A stretch of DNA of 63,774 bases, filler included, from Lama guanicoe (taxonomy: Eukaryota), in the NCBI GenBank assembly GCA_013239625.1. It is 176 parts of 176 records of this genome, joined end to end, with 100 filler letters (N's around TTAATTAATTAA, not from the genome) between each part and the next. Parts side by side here need not be neighbours in the genome. Positions count along the whole stretch, not along the records: positions 26,844 to 27,106 come from PNXV01050399.1; positions 27,207 to 27,469 come from PNXV01050400.1; positions 27,570 to 27,832 come from PNXV01050401.1; positions 27,933 to 28,195 come from PNXV01050402.1; positions 28,296 to 28,558 come from PNXV01050403.1; positions 28,659 to 28,921 come from PNXV01050404.1; positions 29,022 to 29,284 come from PNXV01050405.1; positions 29,385 to 29,647 come from PNXV01050406.1; 168 more parts are not named here. One strand, given 5' to 3'. Each line of letters opens with the position of its first letter. Position 1 is the first letter of the stretch. Both the position numbers and the translations under genes were made by a program. Below the pieces are notes generated by a model. That model ran no database searches. It saw nothing but the letters and a program-made list of their open reading frames with translations, and was not told the origin of the DNA. Positions 26,744-39,809 of this stretch are shown here, piece by piece.

Positions 26744-27206
26744 NNNNNNNNNNNNNNNNNNNNNNNNNNNNNNNNNNNNNNNNNNNNTTAATTAATTAAN
26801 NNNNNNNNNNNNNNNNNNNNNNNNNNNNNNNNNNNNNNNNNNNTATTGCAGAAAATAGGTATGTCTTTCTTTTCAACGGAAGCAAAAGAGGAGATGGTAG
26901 ATGTGAACAAATGTAGATCTTCAGATTAGGAAAGCTTCCTTTTGATGGCCTTGGAGAGTAAGGGGGTGTGGCAGGGTCAACCATCCAGGGAAATGTGAAT
27001 TTCAGATAAACAGCAACTAGCTTTTCACTGGGACACACTCGCACTTTAAAAAGTATTCGTTGTTTATCTGCAATTCAGATTTCACTGGGCTTCCTGTATA
27101 TTTTTTNNNNNNNNNNNNNNNNNNNNNNNNNNNNNNNNNNNNNNNNNNNNTTAATTAATTAANNNNNNNNNNNNNNNNNNNNNNNNNNNNNNNNNNNNNN
27201 NNNNNN

Positions 27207-27469
27207 AACTTGTCCATTTCTTCTAGGTTGTCCAATTTGTTGCCATATAGTTGTTTATAGTATCCTTTTATGGTTTTCTGTACTTCTGTGGTGTTGGTTA
27301 TAATTTATACCATGCTCTTGGATTGGAAGAATTAATATTGTTAAAATGGCTATACTACCCAAAGTAATCTACAGATTTAATGTGCTCCTTCCCAAATTAC
27401 CAGGAACATTTTTTACAGAGCTAGAACAAATAATCCTAAAATTTATATGGAATCACAAAAGACTCAGAA
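27207..27469. mobile_element. LINE-1 ORF2 inversion junction (antisense 27207-27306, sense 27307-27469)
   Basis: Minus strand reads [32 protein letters not shown]. Plus strand reads [25 protein letters not shown]...FIWNHKRLR. Confidence 0.9.
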
Positions 27470-30110
27470 NNNNNNNNNNNNNNNNNNNNNNNNNNNNNNN
27501 NNNNNNNNNNNNNTTAATTAATTAANNNNNNNNNNNNNNNNNNNNNNNNNNNNNNNNNNNNNNNNNNNNCAGACATTGGTCCTCGGAAGTCCAGCTTTTG
27601 CGCCTCTCCATCTGCCAGCGTTTATAGGAAAAAGATCTATTGAACCAAATTATGGATAACCTTTTCAACGGATGTTAACTACAAGCACAGCACCTAAGAA
27701 AGGGAAGAAAAGAGCTTCATAGTGGAGGATGTGAAGGCCAGGAGGTCAGGTGCAGGACGTGGCAGTTTCTGTCTCAGCACTCCCCCTCATCCTTGCTGGG
27801 AGGTGATCAAATGTTCAGATGGATGAATTCTTNNNNNNNNNNNNNNNNNNNNNNNNNNNNNNNNNNNNNNNNNNNNTTAATTAATTAANNNNNNNNNNNN
27901 NNNNNNNNNNNNNNNNNNNNNNNNNNNNNNNNAAATCTGTAGATTGCTTTGGGTAGTATGGCCATTTAAAAAATATTAATTCTTCCAATCCAAGAACATG
28001 GGATATCTTTCCTCTATGTCCTGTTTGGATATGGGTAGAGGGTGAATAGAAAGAAGTATGGAATGCTAGTTCTAAAATTGCTGAAGAATGGGTTAGGGGA
28101 ACAAGGTTAATTGAAGACCGTGGTTAATAAGAAGTTCACCCTTAGAGTAAGCCTGGATGATGTAACTTCAAATAATCAAATACTCTAAGGATAAANNNNN
28201 NNNNNNNNNNNNNNNNNNNNNNNNNNNNNNNNNNNNNNNTTAATTAATTAANNNNNNNNNNNNNNNNNNNNNNNNNNNNNNNNNNNNNNNNNNNNGAACA
28301 TTTTATTTAACAAGGAAAGGGGTTATGAAATACCTCTTTAGAATGCCTCTTGTCATTAAAATACTTTTGCGCTTAAAGCGGTAATCTGTGTTTGTCTGGA
28401 AAATTCACTTATCTGGCGCTGTGCCTGGCAGTGCCCGGTCCGAGGTGCCATTGCAGCAGGAGCCCTCATTGTGAGCAGTGTTTTACTGGGATTTTCTGCT
28501 AAAGCACCGGCTTTCCTGCGTGGCCTCTCTTCGTTCTGTTTCCTGTCACTGTAGCAACNNNNNNNNNNNNNNNNNNNNNNNNNNNNNNNNNNNNNNNNNN
28601 NNTTAATTAATTAANNNNNNNNNNNNNNNNNNNNNNNNNNNNNNNNNNNNNNNNNNNNGTGTACATGTATGTAGATATGTGTGTAGGTGGATAAAATAGC
28701 CTGTCACTTTTGCCTTGTGTTAATAAAACAAAGATGTGCCCTGATGCAGTTTCATGGCATGTGAGCTGTCATAGCCTGAAACCAGCACATTCCGTAACTA
28801 GATTCTCAATGAAACTTAATATAACTTCTCTCACATTAAGGATGATTTCTGTTTTTCCCTTACAATGTAAATGACTTATCACATAAATGAATTCTGCTTT
28901 CAATTATTATAAAGCACGGTANNNNNNNNNNNNNNNNNNNNNNNNNNNNNNNNNNNNNNNNNNNNTTAATTAATTAANNNNNNNNNNNNNNNNNNNNNNN
29001 NNNNNNNNNNNNNNNNNNNNNTGGATGAATCACTAATCTGATTTCCAAAGGTGTGGGTGGAATGTGTTTTGTATTTTCCCTGATAAGGTACTCCTATTTT
29101 TTAAACCCATATCCACAAAGTATGTGAAAATATATAAAAATCGCACAGTAAAAATGAACCGAGAGATTTCCCAGTATTAGTGAGGTACTCTGTGAACCTC
29201 CTGTGGCTCCAGAAAATCCTGTAAGTAGGTCTCAAGATCTTTTCCCACGAGAGGATGTGAAGTCTGTTCCCGTTCAATGTTCTTNNNNNNNNNNNNNNNN
29301 NNNNNNNNNNNNNNNNNNNNNNNNNNNNTTAATTAATTAANNNNNNNNNNNNNNNNNNNNNNNNNNNNNNNNNNNNNNNNNNNNAGGGAGGCCCCAGCTC
29401 GGGGTGGGCTGGGGGAGACGGGAGAGAGGAGCTTGGAGAACACACGTGGGGATCCGTTCTGCACAGGAATCCATGCAAATTCTCTGACCAGCTACAGGCT
29501 CCAAGTTGGTGAGGGACCATATGTGTGTAAAAGGTGGACCCTGAACAGCCTCAGGATTTTCCATTCTCCCAGCCCCTCCACGGCTGCTGGAGCTGTGGGT
29601 CCACAGAGAGGCTCCTGACTCTGGAGCTTGCCTCTGCTGTACAGAGGNNNNNNNNNNNNNNNNNNNNNNNNNNNNNNNNNNNNNNNNNNNNTTAATTAAT
29701 TAANNNNNNNNNNNNNNNNNNNNNNNNNNNNNNNNNNNNNNNNNNNNGGGTGAACCTGAGACAACGTTGACAGGGACACACGGCGAATGCATACCCGCCT
29801 TTTCACCCCTGGTGGCCTCAGTGGGGGCAGCTGAGAGGCGAGGCATCACTGCACCGCCGTGACCTGCAGGAGGCGCGCCCGGCAGAGGCCAGCCGTGCGT
29901 TCCACGCTGACACGCTTGGCTCCTCCCCTCAAGCGATGCCTGGACCCCCAGGATGGATCCCCAAGGAAGGGCCCTGTAACTGGCCTTGGACCCCAGGACC
30001 CGGTCAACCTNNNNNNNNNNNNNNNNNNNNNNNNNNNNNNNNNNNNNNNNNNNNTTAATTAATTAANNNNNNNNNNNNNNNNNNNNNNNNNNNNNNNNNN
30101 NNNNNNNNNN

Positions 30111-30210
30111 CTTAGCATGCACGAGGTCCTGGGTTCAATCCCCAGCACCTCCATTAAAGCAAATAAATAAATAAACCTAATTACCTCCCCTACCTCAAAC
30201 AAACCAAAAA
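30111..30210 (+). mobile_element. vic-1-like SINE, long-tail form, followed by L1 3' UTR
   Basis: cttagcatgcacgaggtcctgggttcaatccccagcacctcca, then (AAAT)n, then TAAACCTAATTACCTCCCC. Confidence 0.88.
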
Positions 30211-30473
30211 TTCATTAAAGTAAATAAGCTACAAGGATATATTGTACAGCCCAGGGAATATAGCCAATATTTTATACTGACTATAAATGGAGTATAATCT
30301 TTAATAATTGAGAAGCACTATGTTGTACACCTGAAACATATAATATTGTAAACCAACTCTACCTTAATAAAATNNNNNNNNNNNNNNNNNNNNNNNNNNN
30401 NNNNNNNNNNNNNNNNNTTAATTAATTAANNNNNNNNNNNNNNNNNNNNNNNNNNNNNNNNNNNNNNNNNNNN

Positions 30474-30736
30474 TCATGACTCCTGCACCCTCATTCAACC
30501 CACAAAGCCCTGCATCTCCGAGTTCCCCGTATCCCCCCATTTTTCTGGCTTTATGGGAAGCAGCCGTGGGAGCCTGACCATGTTGGCAGGTCGTAAGTTC
30601 TTTATATGTGACTTGCTTGTAATTTGCGTTGACACGTTTCCTGCTGTTTACTCGTCTGATTCTTCTGAGTGGACATAGTTCCACTGACGATGAGACGCTG
30701 CCCAGCCCTGCTGTCCTCTGGTGCCCTCGGAGGACA
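30474..30736 (+). repeat. Bubble arm, near-identical to 32289-32551
   Basis: 7 substitutions. The first and last 49 bp are identical. Confidence 0.95.
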
Positions 30737-31199
30737 NNNNNNNNNNNNNNNNNNNNNNNNNNNNNNNNNNNNNNNNNNNNTTAATTAATTAANNNNNNNN
30801 NNNNNNNNNNNNNNNNNNNNNNNNNNNNNNNNNNNNGCACAGGCGAGCCAGGGTGGCAGAGGCTGCTGAAGCTGCAGCGACGTCTGGGTATCCTCGCTCA
30901 GCGCGCCTGCCACAAGGTCAGGTCCAGACCAGGTGTCCTGCCCTCCAGAAGCCAGCAGCCCAGGTGAGTCCTCAAGGTGCATCCCGGAGCCCAGCGGGCC
31001 AGCCCAGCAGCCTCCACTTCCACCGGTCGCTGACTGCCGTGGCCAAGCCGGCCCTACATCTGCCCTCTGCACGCTGTTTCTCTTTTTCCTTCTCTGGCAN
31101 NNNNNNNNNNNNNNNNNNNNNNNNNNNNNNNNNNNNNNNNNNNTTAATTAATTAANNNNNNNNNNNNNNNNNNNNNNNNNNNNNNNNNNNNNNNNNNNN

Positions 31200-31462
31200 T
31201 GATGAACATAGATGCAAAAATCCTCAACAAAATATTAGCAAACAGAATAAAAAAGATCATTCACCATGTACACGTTGGGTTCATCCCAGGAACACAAGGA
31301 TAGTTCAACATACGCAAATCAATCAGTGTGATACACCACATCCACAAGAGAAAGGACAAAACCACATGATCATCTCAATAGAAGCAGAAAAAGTATTTGA
31401 TAAAATTCAATAGCCATTTATGATAAAAACCCTCACCAAAGTGGGTATAGAGGGAACATATC
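31200..31462 (+). mobile_element. LINE-1 ORF2 reverse transcriptase fragment, disabled
   Basis: [54 protein letters not shown] with stops, a small deletion and a frameshift. Confidence 0.95.
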
Positions 31463-34400
31463 NNNNNNNNNNNNNNNNNNNNNNNNNNNNNNNNNNNNNN
31501 NNNNNNTTAATTAATTAANNNNNNNNNNNNNNNNNNNNNNNNNNNNNNNNNNNNNNNNNNNNTCCAGCAAAGGAAACGCAGAAGGAGCAACCAGTGAGGG
31601 AGAGAAAGTGGTTGCATGCTTCTGATAGAGTGAGAAAGATGAGGGCTTAAATATACCGCTGGATTTCCCAACAGGAGAGGTCCTTTCTGACTTTGATTGG
31701 GACAACTTTAACTAGAGTGATGGGGGTAAACTCCTGACTAGGGCAGATCCACGAGAGAACGGGAGGAGAGGAAGTAGAGACTGAAAAGGGGGCAAGTGTG
31801 TGCGCCTGGTGCACAGTAAGGCCAANNNNNNNNNNNNNNNNNNNNNNNNNNNNNNNNNNNNNNNNNNNNTTAATTAATTAANNNNNNNNNNNNNNNNNNN
31901 NNNNNNNNNNNNNNNNNNNNNNNNNGATGAAGAAGACTATGAACATGTTATATGCAAAGACACGAGGCTGCCCACGGCTACTTGAGGGGTATATGCGCTG
32001 ACGAAGTTAAGACACGGGGCTCGGCTTTACCAGGGCTGTGTGCTGGCTGCTGCTGCTCTGTCCCAGGCTGGCCGTGATGAGGCCAGGGAAGAGCTGAGAA
32101 GGAGGGGATCTGCAGCCTAGCCACAGCCTCCAGAGCAGCGCCCTCATCTCTCCAGCGCTCATTTGTATCTTCTGTAAACGACAAGTGANNNNNNNNNNNN
32201 NNNNNNNNNNNNNNNNNNNNNNNNNNNNNNNNTTAATTAATTAANNNNNNNNNNNNNNNNNNNNNNNNNNNNNNNNNNNNNNNNNNNNTCATGACTCCTG
32301 CACCCTCATTCAACCCACAAAGCCCTGCATCTCCGAGCTGCCCGTATCCCCCCATTTATCTGGCTTTATGGGAAGCAGCCGTGGGAGCCTGACCATGTTG
32401 CCAGGTCGTAAGTTCTTTATATGTGACTTGCTTGTAATTTGCATTGACACGTTTCATGCTGTTTACTCGTCTGATTCTTCTGAGTGGACATAGTTCCACT
32501 GGCGATGAGACGCTGCCCAGCCCTGCTGTCCTCTGGTGCCCTCGGAGGACANNNNNNNNNNNNNNNNNNNNNNNNNNNNNNNNNNNNNNNNNNNNTTAAT
32601 TAATTAANNNNNNNNNNNNNNNNNNNNNNNNNNNNNNNNNNNNNNNNNNNNTTCCTGGCCACTGTGCTTGTCTGAGCCAAAATCATCCCTCTCCTTGACC
32701 GCTACCATAGCTGCCGAAATTGGCTTCTCCGCTTCCTTTCCTGCCCTCTCAAAGCCGTGCTCCAATAGCAGCCAGAGAGATCGTTGTGTGAGTCAAACTT
32801 TCCATGGCTTTCCTTTGCACTTAGGATAAAACCCACGTGGCCTTTCACAATCAAGTCCATGTCTGCATCTCTCACGCCATCCCCGATCGCCCTCCCCTCC
32901 CTCAGGACTCTCCANNNNNNNNNNNNNNNNNNNNNNNNNNNNNNNNNNNNNNNNNNNNTTAATTAATTAANNNNNNNNNNNNNNNNNNNNNNNNNNNNNN
33001 NNNNNNNNNNNNNNGAACCATTCAGGTGCAGCAGGTAGAGGCACTGGGGATAGCGATCTGTTCGGAAAGCTGGCTTAGCATGAGGGATGTCTGAGAGAGC
33101 GACTAACCAGTATTCTTTAAAAATCCAGTTTATTCTAAAGTGCGTGTTTTCCATCTGTGGCCTGGGCTGAGTTGCCAGAGGAAGGAGAGCTTTGGCTTGT
33201 GGTCTCCTAAATGCCTCACCCCACATTTCTCATGACCGTTAAGTGAGTTAGATGAGCGTCCAGACCGTCATCCTGGANNNNNNNNNNNNNNNNNNNNNNN
33301 NNNNNNNNNNNNNNNNNNNNNTTAATTAATTAANNNNNNNNNNNNNNNNNNNNNNNNNNNNNNNNNNNNNNNNNNNNGCCAGGGTGGGGCAGGGCTGAAA
33401 ATGGGCCACGGGCTGACCTGGGCCTCTTTCTGGCTTTCAGCTGGGCTGGGGATGGAGGGACACGTGTGACCCAGCCTCCCCTAGCCAGTGTGAGCTGCAG
33501 ACCTCCCTGGGCACAGGCTGAGCCGGGAAGGTTTGAAGCTTGGCCCCTGCCTGGGTCAGCTGTGTGCTTTCTGAATGACTGCTGGACCTCTGGTCTACGT
33601 GCCACCCCACACTGACAAACGTGCGTACACACACACACACNNNNNNNNNNNNNNNNNNNNNNNNNNNNNNNNNNNNNNNNNNNNTTAATTAATTAANNNN
33701 NNNNNNNNNNNNNNNNNNNNNNNNNNNNNNNNNNNNNNNNAAAAAAAAAAAGAAATGCTTGCCCTCAAGTACTGTGACAAGACCTGGCTGACACGCTCTC
33801 AGTGCCGAGCCACACTGAGGAACAGGCTCCTGGGTTCTTCCTGTGCCCCGTGTGAACTTCCGGGTTTTAGTCATTCCCAGTTAACCTTCAAGTCATCCTT
33901 GGATTCCGTGTTTCCAAGCCTAACATCACTTGTTCCTCTCCCTGGCAAAATCCACCCCCGCTAGTGAGTGCCTGCGTCTGCGATCCGGAGTCAGCCGAAA
34001 CCCNNNNNNNNNNNNNNNNNNNNNNNNNNNNNNNNNNNNNNNNNNNNTTAATTAATTAANNNNNNNNNNNNNNNNNNNNNNNNNNNNNNNNNNNNNNNNN
34101 NNNAAGAACACAGCCAGTGACCTCGACAGGCCCCTCGGACAGTGTTTTAGGTACAGCACTGGTGGGGCATCCTCCACATGGAAAGAGCCCTGGTGATCTG
34201 GGTTCTGGGTACCATTCTGTGTCCATTGGGTTAATCACGTAGCTCCAGGGGCTTCTGCTCTTCCGTATTTAAAATGAGAAGGCGTGACTGTAGCTCAGTC
34301 TAGGAGCCGCCATGCCAGGGTCCCTTTGTCACTGTTAGTGCTGACTCATGCCTTGCTGTCTAGAAGNNNNNNNNNNNNNNNNNNNNNNNNNNNNNNNNNN

Positions 34401-35192
34401 NNNNNNNNNNTTAATTAATTAANNNNNNNNNNNNNNNNNNNNNNNNNNNNNNNNNNNNNNNNNNNNGTACACCTTATAATAATTCTCGGCCTTGTGTTTG
34501 ATGTCCATTCCCACCTTTAGCGCCACTGTCTTCCCAAATAGGTATCTATCCAATATAAGCACTGAACTAGGAACTAGGAGACCTTGATTTTAGACTCATC
34601 TTGCCCCAATGAGTTTTGGGATCCTGGACAAGTCAATTTCTGTGACTTCCAGGTTACTTGTTTTTAAGTTGTAACAGCTGAGAAGGCCCTTTCCAGCTCC
34701 ATCCTTCTATATATCTTTGACCACTCTTGNNNNNNNNNNNNNNNNNNNNNNNNNNNNNNNNNNNNNNNNNNNNTTAATTAATTAANNNNNNNNNNNNNNN
34801 NNNNNNNNNNNNNNNNNNNNNNNNNNNNNAATGCGAACCTTCTATTTTATAGATGGAGACTTTACAGATTTCATGGAAACTGGTATGAGAACATGTCCCG
34901 AGAGAGGGGCCGCCTTGCTGGGTAGTGGACGTGACTTCCAGCTACTCATCAGCTTTACAGAACAAGGAAATGGTGCCAGATGCCCACAGAACCCACGTGC
35001 GAACATCCATCCAAAAGCCCCCCGGGCGGACCTCCAGCAGGCGGAACCACGCCTTCACACCCCGGTGCCTGGCACGATGCTTCAGGGAACAGNNNNNNNN
35101 NNNNNNNNNNNNNNNNNNNNNNNNNNNNNNNNNNNNTTAATTAATTAANNNNNNNNNNNNNNNNNNNNNNNNNNNNNNNNNNNNNNNNNNNN

Positions 35193-35455
35193 TCTAGCTG
35201 TTTCAGCACCATTTGTTGAAAGACTATCTTTGCTCCACTGTATTGCCTTTGTTCCTTTGTCAAATATCAATTGAATATATTTATATGGGTCTATTTCTGG
35301 GTTCTCTGTTCTGTTCCATTGATCTGTTTGTCTATTCTTTCACTACTACCATACTGTCTTGATTACTGTAGTTTCATAGCAAGTCTTGAAGTCAAGTAGT
35401 CAAGTAGTCAGTCCTTTAATACTGAATTGGCTATTTTGAGTCTTTTGTCCCTCTG
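35193..35455 (-). mobile_element. LINE-1 ORF2 fragment
   Basis: cagcaccatttgttgaaagactatc...ctgttccattgatct...cttgattactgtag. Confidence 0.9.
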
Positions 35456-35790
35456 NNNNNNNNNNNNNNNNNNNNNNNNNNNNNNNNNNNNNNNNNNNNT
35501 TAATTAATTAANNNNNNNNNNNNNNNNNNNNNNNNNNNNNNNNNNNNNNNNNNNNAGCATTAAAGAGGAATAAATTCCAGAAAACACCTATTCTGAAAAT
35601 GGAATGCTTGTTCCCTTCCATTTCTTACTCCTTTTCTAATTTTAGTTCTGTGTTTAGTTGAAACCTTCCTGTTCGGTTGGGATACTGTGTTCCTGCTCCC
35701 ATCATGAACCCCGTACCTGAAAGCTGCAGATTAGTTGTAAAATGCAGACAGATCATTTGACCATTGGAGGAGACACACATGTGGTTTCAT

Positions 35791-35816
35791 GTGTGTGTGT
35801 GTGTGTGTGTGTGTGT
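35791..35816. repeat. (GT)13 microsatellite at contig end
   Basis: Read directly from the sequence. Confidence 0.95.
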
Positions 35817-36279
35817 NNNNNNNNNNNNNNNNNNNNNNNNNNNNNNNNNNNNNNNNNNNNTTAATTAATTAANNNNNNNNNNNNNNNNNNNNNNNNNNNN
35901 NNNNNNNNNNNNNNNNAACAAGGCGATTGTGATGCAGATTTAAGTAAGTCTCCGTTGATAACGTCTAGAGATTTGGTCATCCTTTACCAGGTAGAGAGGG
36001 AGACTGTACTGATAACTGTAAATGTTTCTTACAAAAGAACAACTACTTGGTTTTCAGAGAAGAAAATTGGTTTTTGTTTTCTTGTCTTAAAATTTTCTCA
36101 GCGTTGCTCATGGTTTATTTGCTTAACTTAGGGCTTCCGTTACAAGATGAGGTCTGTGTATGCTCACTTCCCCATCAACNNNNNNNNNNNNNNNNNNNNN
36201 NNNNNNNNNNNNNNNNNNNNNNNTTAATTAATTAANNNNNNNNNNNNNNNNNNNNNNNNNNNNNNNNNNNNNNNNNNNN

Positions 36280-36542
36280 ACGGGGGGACCCGCTCTCCGT
36301 CTGCCTGCGCCGCGGGTAGCTCCGCTGCTCTGTGCGGCTGTGTGTTCCGTCCTGGTTGGCACTCCGCCCTGGCCGGCGCTCCGTGGGTGGGCTCAGGGAA
36401 GACCGACTGGCAGCCTCATGCCTACTCGAGCCAAGACCCAGCTCCTTGTTTTTCTTTTTGGAGCAAGTTCTCTGAGGGACCAGGATGGAAGGATCCTATC
36501 TGCCCCTAGCTATAGGCCCGTCTCAGTCTGGCCCTTGAGGCT
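36280..36542 (-). mobile_element. Possible L1 5' UTR (CpG-rich) fragment
   Basis: CpG-rich with L1-5'UTR-like composition. Family assignment is from recall only. Confidence 0.3.
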
Positions 36543-39500
36543 NNNNNNNNNNNNNNNNNNNNNNNNNNNNNNNNNNNNNNNNNNNNTTAATTAATTAANN
36601 NNNNNNNNNNNNNNNNNNNNNNNNNNNNNNNNNNNNNNNNNNTTCATGTCACACGTGATGCATCTGAACATCAAGTCTGCCTCTAGTCTTTGTAAAAATA
36701 AACACGGAACAAATAAATTTAGTGTATCAATTCACAGTGACATTACCTGAAAATATAGGCACGTATATAGATGGATAGAGAAGTTGGTAGATACAATTTT
36801 ACTTTTTTAATTGATGCACAGTCAATTACAACGTGTCGGTTTCTGGTGCACAGCACCATGTCCCAGTCATGCGGATACATACGTACATTCATTTTCATAT
36901 TCTTCNNNNNNNNNNNNNNNNNNNNNNNNNNNNNNNNNNNNNNNNNNNNTTAATTAATTAANNNNNNNNNNNNNNNNNNNNNNNNNNNNNNNNNNNNNNN
37001 NNNNNGAATTAGCACAGTAATTTCTACAGAAGGAAAAAGGGGGAGGGGAGCAGAGGGGGTTACAATCTGCCTCGGATATTGATTATGACTGCTTTGACTG
37101 TATAAATCAATTTTAGAGAATTGACATCTTAACAATATTGAGCCTTCAAATTCATTTCATATATATATACACACATATATATGTTTTAGATGTTTTTAAA
37201 TTTCTCTCAGCTGTATTTATGGTTTTGGATTCAAAGATTTTCATATTTTTCATTATAATTATTTCTATNNNNNNNNNNNNNNNNNNNNNNNNNNNNNNNN
37301 NNNNNNNNNNNNTTAATTAATTAANNNNNNNNNNNNNNNNNNNNNNNNNNNNNNNNNNNNNNNNNNNNCCTAAGCTCCCATGAGGGCCCCCTGGGGGGCT
37401 GGCACTGGAGGGTTATTACTTGTTGCAGTGCCTCTTCTTCCTCCTCCTCCTCACACTCCCTGCGACAAATGGGTCACACTTCCTCTTTTTTGGTTGTGAG
37501 GGTCGCACCAGCCCCAGAGTCAAGGCTGGTCTCCCAGAGATCCCGAGGTCAGGCTTGGTCTGGGGTAGCTTGTCATCAGACACCTGGCCTGCACACAGAT
37601 CCCGCTTCCTGGACTTGGCAGCTGGTGCAGGNNNNNNNNNNNNNNNNNNNNNNNNNNNNNNNNNNNNNNNNNNNNTTAATTAATTAANNNNNNNNNNNNN
37701 NNNNNNNNNNNNNNNNNNNNNNNNNNNNNNNGAGCAATAACTTATATTGGCATTATTACTGAGAAGTATGAGAAACAAGTGGTGCTTTGAGGTCTGCTTT
37801 GCAGAGAGGAAACTGGTGGTTCAGAAACGGCACTGGCCTGACTGAAGCTGGAAATCAGTGAATATATAGTGAGTACTTTACCCTGCAAGTCACTTTACGG
37901 GAAGCTGAAATGAATCAAGTGTCTCACTTGTCTTCCAAGGAATTGGAAATCTCATGTTCATGTATCAGAACTTTCTTATTCAGAGGGATAGAGANNNNNN
38001 NNNNNNNNNNNNNNNNNNNNNNNNNNNNNNNNNNNNNNTTAATTAATTAANNNNNNNNNNNNNNNNNNNNNNNNNNNNNNNNNNNNNNNNNNNNATCGGA
38101 CTTTCAAAAAGTGCGGGGAGACCTGTACTTGAACATGACACCTGCCGAGAGGAGCACACTCTGGTGGTAAGTGACTTGCAGGTGGTAACGCATCCTTCCA
38201 CCCTCCTTGTGAAGCAGGACGTCATTACCCTCCACACAGAGAGGAGAACAGAAGCCCCACGTCAGGGCTGGTGATACGGCCGCGGTCAGAACGCAAGCCT
38301 GGGCAGCCGCTCCACCGACCACCCTCTCATTCCCGATTGTCTCAGATGCCCTGGACCNNNNNNNNNNNNNNNNNNNNNNNNNNNNNNNNNNNNNNNNNNN
38401 NTTAATTAATTAANNNNNNNNNNNNNNNNNNNNNNNNNNNNNNNNNNNNNNNNNNNNGAGACACAACCGCTTACAAGAATAAACAAGATGTACAAGGATA
38501 GTTGTGTGTGTGTTTATGTGTGTGTTCTGTGGTTCTGCCTGCCTCTGATCTGCTAACTAACTTCAGGGAGAATCCTTAAAAGGCACCACGCGCCAGTACA
38601 TGCGCAGTCACTGGTTATCTCTGAACTGGAGCCCCGCTTTTAAACTCCCGTCTAGGTAAATTACCTTTCCCGTGCAAGGTATTTCCTTTTAGGAGATTCC
38701 TCGGGAAGGGCCTCCAGGGANNNNNNNNNNNNNNNNNNNNNNNNNNNNNNNNNNNNNNNNNNNNTTAATTAATTAANNNNNNNNNNNNNNNNNNNNNNNN
38801 NNNNNNNNNNNNNNNNNNNNCATGTTTAAATAAATAAGAACATGCCTTGCTTATGTGTGATTTTTCTGAACCCCCCCAAATTTTGCAGAATTCTATGAAT
38901 AATTACAAAATCACTTGTTTTGAGAAAGTAGCACCCCTCCCATGTGCTGTTTCACTTCAAAATTTCCATGGAAGAGTGGCCGCCATGTTCAGTTGGCTGG
39001 TCTCAGAGTGGGGGGCTCGAGCTGCACCCTACAACTTGCATCATAGGAATTGGCATCAAATGCTGTTTTCTTTCCACCTGCTGNNNNNNNNNNNNNNNNN
39101 NNNNNNNNNNNNNNNNNNNNNNNNNNNTTAATTAATTAANNNNNNNNNNNNNNNNNNNNNNNNNNNNNNNNNNNNNNNNNNNNATGATTTCAGCTATAGA
39201 TTCAAAAGAATATTTCTTAAATTTCATCCACTGTTTATGTGTGTTCATTGTAGTAATACATATTTTCTCTGTCTTCTCAGTATTGGAAGTAGTATTATTC
39301 TCTCACATTTATTTTAAATTATGTGATCATTCATTATAGACATTTTATGTAATTATGCCTTTCATGTAATTATTGTCTATATTTGAGAAGAGCTATCAAA
39401 AATTTACCCTATGTTTACCCTTATACCCAGAGTAGTGAATTTTATTNNNNNNNNNNNNNNNNNNNNNNNNNNNNNNNNNNNNNNNNNNNNTTAATTAATT

Positions 39501-39546
39501 AANNNNNNNNNNNNNNNNNNNNNNNNNNNNNNNNNNNNNNNNNNNN

Positions 39547-39809
39547 AAAAAGAATAAAATAATGCCATTTGCAGTAACATGGATAGACGTGGAGTTTGTC
39601 ATATTAAGTGAAGTAATAGGCCACAAAGAGAAAGAAAAGTAACATGCTATCACTCATATGTGGAATCTTTAAAAAAGAAAAAAGAAAAACAAAGACACTA
39701 TGAACTCATCTACAAAAGAGAAACAGACTCGCAGACACAGTAAACATCTTATGGTTATCAGGAAAGGGAATGGGAAGGGATAAATTTGGGAGTTTGAGAT
39801 TTACAAATG
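39547..39809 (+). mobile_element. LINE-1 ORF2 end / 3' UTR
   Basis: aagaataaaataatgccatttgcagtaacatggatagac... Homologous to 5798-6059. Confidence 0.9.

Noticed and set aside
27570..27693. Minus-strand exon after a strong polypyrimidine acceptor
   Set aside because: All three frames hit stops within about 10 codons, so at most it is non-coding or terminal, and it cannot be supported.
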